Source: Candidatus Latescibacterota bacterium
GTDB taxonomy: Bacteria > Latescibacterota > UBA2968 > UBA8231
NCBI GenBank assembly: GCA_965203175.1
Contig: OZ241867.1
Span: 960,001-1,024,000, forward strand
Length of the DNA: 64,000 nt
Reading direction: 5' to 3'
Part shown: positions 21,030 through 32,526 of the stretch, piece after piece
How the letters are laid out: every line of letters starts with the position of its first letter
How positions within the stretch are numbered: position 1 is the first letter of the stretch
The notes under the pieces: generated by a model
Databases searched by the model: none
What the model was told of the DNA's origin: nothing
The model's input: only the letters and a program-made list of their open reading frames with translations
Position numbers and translations under genes: made by a program

Positions 21030-21952
21030 TGAGGCTTGTGTTTATGGGAACCCCGCGCTTCGCGGTTCCCTCCTTAAAAGCCCTCGCCCAGAGCCGCCAC
21101 CAAATCACCGCCGTCGTCACCAATCCCGACCGACCCCACGGGCGGGGGCGCCAGCTTGCAAGTCCGCCCGTCAAAGAACAAGCTCTAAAGCTCGGATTAG
21201 AAGTTCTGCAACCGGCTGCGGTCAACGACCCCGAGCTAGCCGCGGCGCTGGCCGCGCGCGCGCCCGACCTCTTTGTCGTCGTCGCCTTTTCAATCCTATC
21301 TCGACGCCTCCTCGCCATTCCCCGCCTCGGCTCAATCAACCTGCATCCTTCGCTCTTGCCAGCGTATCGCGGCGCGGCTCCCATTATCTGGGCAGTGGCC
21401 AACGGCGAGGAGGAGACGGGCATCACCACTTTCCAGCTCAGCCCGCGCATCGACGCGGGTCATATCCTACTCCAGCGCCGCTTTGCCATCGGCTATGACG
21501 AGACGGCCGGTGAGTTGGAGGCCCGCCTGTGCGTGGAGGGTGCCAAGATGATCGTGGAAACCGTCAATGGGCTAGAAGACGACCACCTCACCGGACGGCC
21601 CCAAGGAACGGAGGGCGTCAGTCGCGCCCCCAAGCTGACCAAAGAGGACGGCCAGATTGACTGGCACCAACCAGCCGAGCGGGTCCGCAACCTCGTCCGC
21701 AGCATGAATCCCGCGCCCGGTGCCTACACCTACTGGCAGGGCAAAACGCTCAAAGTGCACCGGACTCAGCACGCTGCGGACTGCGGCGCACCCGGCACCG
21801 TACTCTGCGCCGACGACCGTCGAGGTTTAACCGTAGCCTGCGGCGAGGGAGCCCTACAACTGACCCAAGTACAACCGGCGGGCAAAGCCGCCATGGAGGG
21901 AACGGCCTTTGTGCGGGGCTATCCGATTGCGGCTGGTATGCGGCTGGGCTAG
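21029..21952 (+). CDS. fmt: Methionyl-tRNA formyltransferase
   Basis: VFMGTPRFA, PDRPHGRG, NLHPSLLPAYRGAAPI, DAG, APKL.KEDG.IDW. Confidence 0.98.
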   Translation: MRLVFMGTPRFAVPSLKALAQSRHQITAVVTNPDRPHGRGRQLASPPVKEQALKLGLEVLQPAAVNDPELAAALAARAPDLFVVVAFSILSRRLLAIPRLGSINLHPSLLPAYRGAAPIIWAVANGEEETGITTFQLSPRIDAGHILLQRRFAIGYDETAGELEARLCVEGAKMIVETVNGLEDDHLTGRPQGTEGVSRAPKLTKEDGQIDWHQPAERVRNLVRSMNPAPGAYTYWQGKTLKVHRTQHAADCGAPGTVLCADDRRGLTVACGEGALQLTQVQPAGKAAMEGTAFVRGYPIAAGMRLG

Positions 21953-22394
21953 TCTGCTCTTCATCCTGCTCGCGGGGCAACCGGCCTGTGCAACAGAGGT
22001 AGAGGCCGATTCGACTCGCACCGTGCAGTCCACCGCCACCCTCCCTTCGGCGCATGGGGCGCTCCTGCGCTCGGCCGTGCTGCCCGGCTGGGGACAGTTC
22101 TATAATGGCCGCCCTGTCAAGGGGCTGTTCTTCGGCGCGGCAAGCGCAACAGCCCTCACTGCGGTTGCGATTGAGCATCGCCGCATCCGTTCCGCGCCCA
22201 CGCCTGAAGAACACCAAGACCGCACCGCCCGCCGCAACGGTCGCCTGCTCTATTTCGCGCTCTCGGTCGCCTTGGCCGCCACCGACGCCTATGTCGATGC
22301 CCACCTCGCGGATTTTGGGGCCGTGCAGTCCGGCCTCAGTGTGGAGATGTGGCGCGGCAGAGCGTGGCTTAGGCTGAAAAAAACTATGCCCTAG
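21909..22394 (+). CDS. DUF5683-like membrane protein
   Basis: ALLRSAVLPGWGQFYN and DAYVDAHL; GGAGG before TTG 21909; start uncertain. Confidence 0.75.
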   Translation: MCGAIRLRLVCGWASLLFILLAGQPACATEVEADSTRTVQSTATLPSAHGALLRSAVLPGWGQFYNGRPVKGLFFGAASATALTAVAIEHRRIRSAPTPEEHQDRTARRNGRLLYFALSVALAATDAYVDAHLADFGAVQSGLSVEMWRGRAWLRLKKTMP

Positions 22395-22744
22395 ATACTT
22401 TGCTCAATTCGCTCGACTCGGCGTCTCAGCAATTTGAGCCGGTCGAATGCAAATGGCATACATTGCCGCGAGCGGTAGGGGGTTGGAATGCGGCGGCGGC
22501 GCTCCAAGTGAACGAGCTCGCGCTCGAGCTCGACGGAGAGCCGGTCGGAGAAAAACAACGAGATCGGGTGGGCGTTGAGCAGACTACCGAGCCGCAAGGT
22601 GCGGCCGTAGGCCAGCATTTGTACTCGGAAGGCGAGCTGCCGCAGGCCGCGCAGAGCGGCCAGCCGCCCCAAGATCACATAGGCTGCATAGGCCAAGCAG
22701 ACTAGAAAGATTCCGCAGGCCACATATAGGATATAGTAGAACAT
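22391..22744 (-). CDS. Small membrane-anchored hypothetical protein
   Basis: N-terminal hydrophobic helix, GAGGG upstream, stop shares CTAG with the convergent gene. Confidence 0.6.
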   Translation of the reverse strand: MFYYILYVACGIFLVCLAYAAYVILGRLAALRGLRQLAFRVQMLAYGRTLRLGSLLNAHPISLFFSDRLSVELERELVHLERRRRIPTPYRSRQCMPFAFDRLKLLRRRVERIEQSI

Positions 22745-22915
22745 AGCGCCCTCGGCATCGCACTTAATATCTAATACGCGGCCCGTCGGCTCAAGCTCAT
22801 TTTTTGCAGGATAAGAGGATAAAATGCTTGCTTAATTGGCCAAAAAAACCTATTTGAAGCGAACGCAGCCTCTTAGAGAGCTGTCAAACGAAGACTGCCG
22901 ATTGTGAGGTGTCCC

Positions 22916-23494
22916 ATGAAAATTCGCCATTGTACCTTGCTCTTTCTCGTCGCGTCGTTCGCTTCCTGTGGCACCGATTCGACCAAACGCTCCAGCGCGA
23001 GCTCCCAGTCGCAAGTATTGGCGACGCATCCGCCAGCGCTCGCAGCCCAGCTCGACGGCCGCTATGCGCAAAGCATTCACATCGAGGAGGGCCAATTCAC
23101 GGCTACCGGTCCCGGTCAGGAGGTCGTCCTCACCTTTGCGGCCCAAGGCATGGTAAACGTCAAACAATTTGAGTTGCGCCTAGAGATCGAGCCAGCCAAT
23201 GCCTTGGCCTTTGAAGGCTCTTCCTTCGCCGCAACCGCCCCCTTTCTCACCCCGCCCTTCAGCATTGAACTGACGGAAGAGGGGCTGTGGCGCACCGGCG
23301 GCGCGAGCATCACCGAAACCAAAAAGGGCGACGATATCCTAGGGACGTTCACGCTGAGAACTGGCGATGGCTTCGACGCGGGAATGCAAGTGCAAGTGCA
23401 AGTGGCCTTCTTCTCGCTGGGCCCCAGTTTCTCCGACCGCGACGACTACACGGCCGCCGACCTCAACATGGGCGTGGTGATTAACGGCGGCTGA
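22916..23494 (+). CDS. Lipoprotein with beta-sandwich (possibly cohesin-like) domain
   Basis: MKIRHCTLLFLVASFASC lipobox, Ser-rich linker, beta-rich domain; GAGG upstream. Confidence 0.7.
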   Translation: MKIRHCTLLFLVASFASCGTDSTKRSSASSQSQVLATHPPALAAQLDGRYAQSIHIEEGQFTATGPGQEVVLTFAAQGMVNVKQFELRLEIEPANALAFEGSSFAATAPFLTPPFSIELTEEGLWRTGGASITETKKGDDILGTFTLRTGDGFDAGMQVQVQVAFFSLGPSFSDRDDYTAADLNMGVVINGG

Positions 23495-23546
23495 TCTCGA
23501 CTCCTTGACGATGTAGAGGGAAATTGCTTATCTTTTTGGCTCTTGT

Positions 23547-23622
23547 GGGGCTGTAGCTCAGTTGGGAGAGCGCCTGAATGGCATTCAGGAGGTCAGGGGT
23601 TCGATTCCCCTCAGCTCCACCA
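23547..23622 (+). tRNA. tRNA-Ala (GGC)
   Basis: GGGGCTG acceptor stem with G3:U70, AGCTCAGTTGGGAGAGC D arm, CCTGA-ATGGCAT-TCAGG anticodon arm, GGTTCGATTCC, encoded CCA. Confidence 0.98.
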
Positions 23623-23641
23623 TGATAAGCTGTCAGGTAGT

Positions 23642-23678
23642 AAAGGGTTTACGACATGCCGTCGCAGACCCTTTTTTT
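23642..23678 (+). terminator. Terminator after tRNA-Ala
   Basis: AAAGGGTTTACGAC-atgcc-GTCGCAGACCCTTTTTTT. Confidence 0.75.
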
Positions 23679-23757
23679 CGGATTTCTCGACTGCGGGCAC
23701 GCCCTGTTCCGGCTATTTTCGCCGCACAAAATTCTCTAATAGCACGTTGAGAACGGA

Positions 23758-27152
<3,395 letters not shown>

Positions 27153-27156
<4 letters not shown>

Positions 27157-27971
27157 AAACACAGCTTGCCATCGCACTCGCGCTCAGCGCGCTGCCGGGA
27201 TGTGAACCGTCGGGTACTCGCGACATTGTCGCCCGCGTCGGAGATGCCGAACTCACGGAAAGCGAATTTGCAAGCCAATTCGCGCCCGGCCCCGACGCCG
27301 ATCTAGCCGAAGGTGAGCGAGAGCAGTTCATCGAGGACTGGGTGCGCCAAGAATTGCTCTATCAGGAAGCACTCGCCCGAGGACTTCACCAGCAGGCGCG
27401 GCTCAAAACGCTTCTAGAGCAGATGCGGCGAGATCTGCTAGTAGCGGCCCTGCTCGACGCCGAGTTCCAAGACCGTAAACTCGCCTTCAACGAGGCCGCG
27501 ATCCGCCACTACTACGACGAGCATCAGGCCGATTTTCAGAGGCTTCGCCCCGAGATTAGGGTGCGGCACATCCTCCTGACCAGCCAGCGCGAGGCCAACG
27601 CCCGGCGTCAAACCCTGCTGCAGCGCGGCGAGAGTTTTGCCGAAACGGCCCGCAAGTACTCGCACGATGACGCCACCCGCAACAAGGGAGGCGAATCGGG
27701 CTATTTCTCCGCAGTAGAAAATCCCGTGCTGTGGGACGCGTGCCAAGATCTGCCGCTCAAGCGCATTTCCGAGCCAGTGCAGACCGAGTACGGTTATCAC
27801 CTCATCCAGGTCCTAGAGCGCTGCGAGATCGGCACGGTCCGCGACCTCACGCAAGTGCGCTCTCAGATCGTCGAGGCGCTAGTGCGCGAGCATCATCAAT
27901 CTCAGCTCGACCAACTCGTCGCCAAACTCAAAAAATCCACAGACTGGGCTATCGCAACTCCCACCCCCTGA
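27153..27971 (+). CDS. Parvulin-type PPIase lipoprotein (PrsA/PpiC-like)
   Basis: VRHILL, FAETARKYS.D, GGESG, SEPVQTEYGYHLI; frame open back to CTG 27153 giving signal peptide and LPGC lipobox. Confidence 0.88.
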
Positions 27972-27973
27972 GT

Positions 27974-29311
27974 ATGTCACTGCATTCGCCAAACCGCCTG
28001 CTGTTAGCTTTCTGTCTCGCCTTGTGTATCGCGCCGAGAGCAGGGGCCTTGCCCGAACTTATCGACCGCATCGTCGCCACAGTTGACAACCACACAATTC
28101 TTTGGTCCGAACTCAATTATCGGCTGCGCTTTGAGGCCGAGCAGCGCGGGCTCTCGGTCTTTGGCGAATCCGAGCAAATCAAGGCGCTCCGCCGAGAAAT
28201 CCTCGACGCCATGATCGACGAGCAAGTACTGGTTCTCAAGGCCAAACAGGACAGCATTCAAATCGACCCAGCCGAAGTCGAGGAAATGCTCGGCCAGCAG
28301 TTCCAGCTAGCCAAGAGCAGCATGGACGACGGGGAATTCGCGCAGATGCTAGAGCGCGTGGGCTTGAGCGAGCGCCAACTCAAGGCCCGCTACCGCAAGG
28401 AAATCCGCCACCGCCTGCTCTCGCGCCAGATGCGCGCCTTTGTCTCGTATAGGGTACACGTCAGCCACCGCGACGTAGAGGAGTTCCGCATCGCGCACCA
28501 AGACACCTTGCCCTCTCAAATCTCGCTCAGCCACATTCTGATCAAGGTCCAACCCAGCGATGAGGTGCTAAAAGAGAAGCGGGCACGGATCGAAGAGATT
28601 CAGGCCCTGTTGGCCGACGGCGGCGACTTCGCCACAATAGCCCGCGCCCACTCTGAAGATCCCGGCAGTGCCTCTCTCGGCGGAGACTTGGGCTGTTTCT
28701 CGCCTGGGACCTTAGTGCCCGAGTTTGAGGAAGCGGCCTTCGCGCTCAAACCAGGTCAGATTAGCGAGCCGGTTTTGAGCCCGTATGGCTACCATTTGAT
28801 ACAGGTGCGCGAAAAGCGCGAAACCACCACCTGTGCCAGCCATATCCTCGTCTTGGCCAAAACCTCAGAAGGCGACGAGGCACGGGCGCGAGAAGAGCTA
28901 GAGGATTTGCGCTACCGCGCCCAGAACGGCGAGGAGTTTTCCCAGCTCGCCCGCCAGTATTCGGCCAATCCGCAGACGGCCATGCAGGGCGGTTTCTGGG
29001 GCACCTTCCCCAGGGACGGGATCCCCGGATTCCTTCAGCCTTACCTCCGCAACCTCAAGCTGGGCGACGTCAGCGCACCCTTCTTTTTTGACGATGGCGG
29101 CCACATTATCAAAATTGACGACGACCAAGCCGTGCTTGAGGGCCTGATCCGCGAAAGCCGCACCGCAGAGGCCATGCGCCAATTAATCGACGAATACCGG
29201 CAGCAAATCCACATCGAGGTTCGGCTCGACGAGGAAAACTTGCGCCGACCAGTACGGAATGCGACTGGATATCTTTCTGAAGAACACGGGGCTGATCAAG
29301 CAGCGCAGTGA
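27974..29311 (+). CDS. surA: SurA-like chaperone/PPIase with two parvulin domains
   Basis: Signal peptide, IDRIVATV, SHILI, SEDPGSASLGGDLG, VPEFEEAAF, YGYHLI, second ASHILV domain. Confidence 0.85.
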   Translation: MSLHSPNRLLLAFCLALCIAPRAGALPELIDRIVATVDNHTILWSELNYRLRFEAEQRGLSVFGESEQIKALRREILDAMIDEQVLVLKAKQDSIQIDPAEVEEMLGQQFQLAKSSMDDGEFAQMLERVGLSERQLKARYRKEIRHRLLSRQMRAFVSYRVHVSHRDVEEFRIAHQDTLPSQISLSHILIKVQPSDEVLKEKRARIEEIQALLADGGDFATIARAHSEDPGSASLGGDLGCFSPGTLVPEFEEAAFALKPGQISEPVLSPYGYHLIQVREKRETTTCASHILVLAKTSEGDEARAREELEDLRYRAQNGEEFSQLARQYSANPQTAMQGGFWGTFPRDGIPGFLQPYLRNLKLGDVSAPFFFDDGGHIIKIDDDQAVLEGLIRESRTAEAMRQLIDEYRQQIHIEVRLDEENLRRPVRNATGYLSEEHGADQAAQ

Positions 29312-29540
29312 AGCCAAGCGGGCCTGCGACGCCGGGCGAGTCCAGATCGGCGGGCGGCAGGCCAAGGCGTCGCACTCTGTGGTCGTGGGCGAGCAGATAC
29401 ACATTGCGACTCCTACCCGCCTGCTCGATATCGAGGTACTCGGCATCCCAGAGCGCCAGCCCGCACGGCGGGACCGCCACCGCTTTTATCGGATCCTCCG
29501 CGAAGAACACCGCGACCCGTACGAAGACCTGAGCTTTTAG
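29259..29540 (+). CDS. S4-domain RNA-binding protein (Hsp15/YabO-like)
   Basis: MRLDIFLKNTGLIKQRSEAKRACDAGRV; overlaps the surA 3' end by 53 nt. Confidence 0.9.
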   Translation: MRLDIFLKNTGLIKQRSEAKRACDAGRVQIGGRQAKASHSVVVGEQIHIATPTRLLDIEVLGIPERQPARRDRHRFYRILREEHRDPYEDLSF

Positions 29541-29550
29541 GACCCAAGCT

Positions 29551-30336
29551 GTGGGTAGCGCAGCGCAATCGCCCTATCAAGGGCTCGCCCCCATTTACGA
29601 CTATGTAATGGCCCACGTCGATTACGGCGAATGGGCCGCTTATATCCACGCGCTCTTCGCCCGCTTTGCCCCCGACACCACTCGCGTCGTGGACTTGGCT
29701 TGCGGCACTGGCAACGTGTCTTTTGCACTCCACCACCTCGGCTATGAGGTAACGGGCGTGGACCGCTCCGAGGCCATGCTGCAGGTCGCGCGCGAAAAGG
29801 CCGCTGGCACCGGCGTCGAATTCGTCCAGCAGGACCTGCGCCAGCTAGCGGACCTAGGGCCTTTTGACGCGGCCACTTGCCTGTACGACAGCATCAACTA
29901 TCTGCTCGCACCAGCCGACCTCGACGCGGCACTGCGCGGCGCGCAGAACATTGTGCAGCCGGGTGGGCTTTTCGTTTTTGACATCTGCACCGAGCGCAAT
30001 TCGCTGCGCTATTTCCGCAACATGCGCGACAGCGAGCGGGGGCCGGATTTTTCCTACGAGCGGCACAGCATCTACGACCCAGACAAACGGCTACAGAGCA
30101 ATCACTTCTGCATTCGCTGCGACGGGAGCGATGTCGCGTTAGAGGAAACCCATGTCCAGCGCATCTATTCGGTCGCCGCCGTCGCTGCCTGCGTCGAGGC
30201 GAGTGCTTGGGAGTTGCTCGCGCTCTTCGACGGTTTCACATTTGACAAGGGGACCGAAGAATCGGACCGCGTTCACTTCGTCCTTCGCGCTCCGCCAGCG
30301 GCTTCGACGACTCGGCTGAGCTCGCCGAAGACCTGA
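29551..30336 (+). CDS. Class I SAM-dependent methyltransferase
   Basis: VDLACGTG, GVDRSEAML, QDLR, DSINYL, PGGLFVFD. Confidence 0.92.
   Translation: MGSAAQSPYQGLAPIYDYVMAHVDYGEWAAYIHALFARFAPDTTRVVDLACGTGNVSFALHHLGYEVTGVDRSEAMLQVAREKAAGTGVEFVQQDLRQLADLGPFDAATCLYDSINYLLAPADLDAALRGAQNIVQPGGLFVFDICTERNSLRYFRNMRDSERGPDFSYERHSIYDPDKRLQSNHFCIRCDGSDVALEETHVQRIYSVAAVAACVEASAWELLALFDGFTFDKGTEESDRVHFVLRAPPAASTTRLSSPKT
30309..30332 (+). repeat. 24-nt hairpin mini-element copy inside a CTTCGAC...GTCGAAG hairpin
   Basis: GACTCGGCTGAGCTCGCCGAAGAC, 22/24 identical to the middle unit of the 63215-63289 nest. Confidence 0.85.
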
Positions 30337-30354
30337 GCACAGTCGAAGGGAGAA

Positions 30355-31311
30355 ATGACTTTGGACCTGCAGTTAAAAGCAACGCACGCATTCATTGAGG
30401 CGGCAGACGACTTCCTGCTGACGACTCACGTCAACAGCGACGCCGACGGCCTAGGTGCCTGCATGGCCTGGGCTCACCTGCTGAGGGGCCTTGGCAAGCG
30501 CGCTGACATCGGCCTGCCCGAGCCACCGGCCGGTCAATGCTCCTTTCTTGCCGACTGGGACGGCGTGCGTCACTTCGCCGACCTCGACTTGAGCCGCTAT
30601 CGCTGCGCCATTGTCTCCGACTGCTCCTCCCTCGACCGCATCGGCCCGGTGGGCCCAGGTCTCAGACCCGATATTCGTCTCCTCAACATCGATCACCACC
30701 AAGACAATGAGTGCTTCGGCGCAGTGAATATTGTGGAGGAGACCAGCTCTACCTGCGAACTCCTCTACCATCTCGCCATGGGCCTCGGCTATGAGATCGA
30801 TAGCGTCGCCGCCGACCAGCTCTATGCGGGGATTCTCTTCGACACTGGCGGCTTTCGCTTCTCGCTAACGACGGACACCACCTTTGAAGTGGCGGCCGAT
30901 TTAGTGCGGCGCGGAACGCGTCTCGACGCCATCGCCCAGGATGTCTTCGGCAACAAGAGCTTCGGCTCGGTCAAACAGCGCGGCCAAGCCATTGAGAGCT
31001 TGGTGCTGCGTCTCGGGGGCCAAGTGGCAGTGCTCCATCTCGACCGCGAGGCCATGAGCGCGGGCGAGCCGGACGAGGTCGTCAACTACGGCCTGATGAT
31101 TAAGGGAGTCGAAGTGGCCGTGCTGCTCAAGGAACGCGCGCCTGGATGCTACCGCATCAGCCTGCGCTCACGCGACAAGGTCGACGTCAGCCAAGTCGCC
31201 AGTACCTTTGGCGGCGGTGGGCACGCCCGCGCCGCTGGGCTGGAGCTAACGGGTGCATCCGAAGATATTGTTGAGAACATATTGGCCGAAATCGACCGCT
31301 ATTTGAATTAG
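30355..31311 (+). CDS. nrnA: DHH/DHHA1 phosphoesterase, NrnA-like
   Basis: HVNSDADG, IDHH, GILFDTGGF, SLRS, GGGGHARAAG. Confidence 0.9.
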   Translation: MTLDLQLKATHAFIEAADDFLLTTHVNSDADGLGACMAWAHLLRGLGKRADIGLPEPPAGQCSFLADWDGVRHFADLDLSRYRCAIVSDCSSLDRIGPVGPGLRPDIRLLNIDHHQDNECFGAVNIVEETSSTCELLYHLAMGLGYEIDSVAADQLYAGILFDTGGFRFSLTTDTTFEVAADLVRRGTRLDAIAQDVFGNKSFGSVKQRGQAIESLVLRLGGQVAVLHLDREAMSAGEPDEVVNYGLMIKGVEVAVLLKERAPGCYRISLRSRDKVDVSQVASTFGGGGHARAAGLELTGASEDIVENILAEIDRYLN

Positions 31312-31353
31312 TAATAATTATTCTTGATTACAAATTTTTATTTATTATATTAT
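31303..31353 (+). promoter_or_regulatory. AT-rich argF promoter with putative ARG boxes
   Basis: gtAATAATTATTCt (31311-31324, 11/14 to TGAATAATTATTCA) and caAATTTTTATTtA (31331-31344) overlapping TTGATT...TATATT/TATTAT. Confidence 0.5.
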
Positions 31354-31398
31354 TTTCTTTTTCCCCAAAAGAAGTAGCAATATAAGGAAGGCGTTCCA

Positions 31399-32316
31399 TT
31401 GCATTTAATCACCTTAAAGGACTGGTCTCCAGCCGATGTGCAGCAAGCTGTCGAACTCGGCCTCGCCGTCAAGGCCGCCCCGCAGCACTACGCCGACGCC
31501 TTCTCTGGACGCACAGTCGTCCTGCTCTTCCAGAAGACTTCGACCCGCACCCGTTGCGCCGGCGAGATCGGCACCGCCCAGTTGGGCGGCCACGCTCTCT
31601 ACTTGAACTGGCAGGACACCAACTTCGGTCTCGCCGACTTAGGCGACGAATTTCGCGTACTCTCCGGCTATTCCGACTTCATCGTCGCCCGCCTGCTCGA
31701 ACACGCCGATGTGCGCCACGCCGCCGCAGCCTCGCAGGTGCCGCTGATAAACGGCTGCTGCAACCGCTACCACCCCTTACAGGCATTGGCCGATTTGATG
31801 ACCCTACAGGAGGCTTTGGGGCGGCTCGAAGGGGTGCGCCTGACATACGTCGGGGTGCTCAACAACGTCGCCAACTCGCTCATTGCCGCTGGCGTCAAAG
31901 TGGGCATGCACGTTACTTGCGTCTGCCCCGAAGTCAACGCCGCAGCGCGCGACGACGAACTCTACGCCGAAGCCAAGCGCTTGGGACTCTACGAGCACAC
32001 CGAGGAACTGCATCCGGCGCTGGCAAAGTCCGACGCCGTGTACACTGACACTTGGATCGACATGGAATTTTTTGCCAATCCCCAATTCGCAGCCGAGAAA
32101 GCACGGCGGGTGCAGCTTTTTCAGCCCTATCAGCTCAACCGCGAATTGCTCGCCGATCTAGACCTGAAAATCCTGCACTGCCTCCCCGCCCACCACGGCT
32201 ATGAGATCGAAGGCGCGCTCTTGCACGACGAGCGCTCGCTGATCTTCACCCAAGCCGAAAACCGCCTGCACAGCCAGAAGGCCGTGCTGCTCAAGCTGGC
32301 GAATGCTCTCGCCTGA
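31399..32316 (+). CDS. argF: Ornithine carbamoyltransferase
   Basis: STRTR, HPLQALAD, NNVANS, YTDTW, HCLP, QAENRLH; TTG start after AAGGAAGG. Confidence 0.93.
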   Translation: MHLITLKDWSPADVQQAVELGLAVKAAPQHYADAFSGRTVVLLFQKTSTRTRCAGEIGTAQLGGHALYLNWQDTNFGLADLGDEFRVLSGYSDFIVARLLEHADVRHAAAASQVPLINGCCNRYHPLQALADLMTLQEALGRLEGVRLTYVGVLNNVANSLIAAGVKVGMHVTCVCPEVNAAARDDELYAEAKRLGLYEHTEELHPALAKSDAVYTDTWIDMEFFANPQFAAEKARRVQLFQPYQLNRELLADLDLKILHCLPAHHGYEIEGALLHDERSLIFTQAENRLHSQKAVLLKLANALA

Positions 32317-32396
32317 GCAGAGCTAGCACTCATCGTCGCTAGTTCCGCTACAAAGAGAAATTTTATATCACTTCTCTCTGACACTGGCATCTGTAT

Positions 32397-32440
32397 AACG
32401 GACGGTACGCACTAATTGCCAGAGTGCGTACCGTCCGTTT
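32397..32440 (+). terminator. 17-bp perfect hairpin, probable terminator or attenuator
   Basis: AACGGACGGTACGCACT-aattgccag-AGTGCGTACCGTCCGTT followed by TATA. Confidence 0.7.
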
Positions 32441-32526
32441 ATAATTAGTACTACAAGCCTTTGTCTTGCATCGGCTTTTGTCATAGACGGTGCTTGCTAT
32501 CGCATTTCCCCCAGCAGGGCTTAGCT

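Noticed and set aside
23623-23757. Integrative element at the tRNA-Ala 3' end
   Set aside because: No integrase, no duplicated tRNA 3' end noticed, and mfd follows directly.
32323-32349. Second CIRCE (CTAGCACTC...); also AGCACTC on the minus strand near 18850
   Set aside because: Only the left half-site matches; no GAGTGCTAA-like arm at N9.
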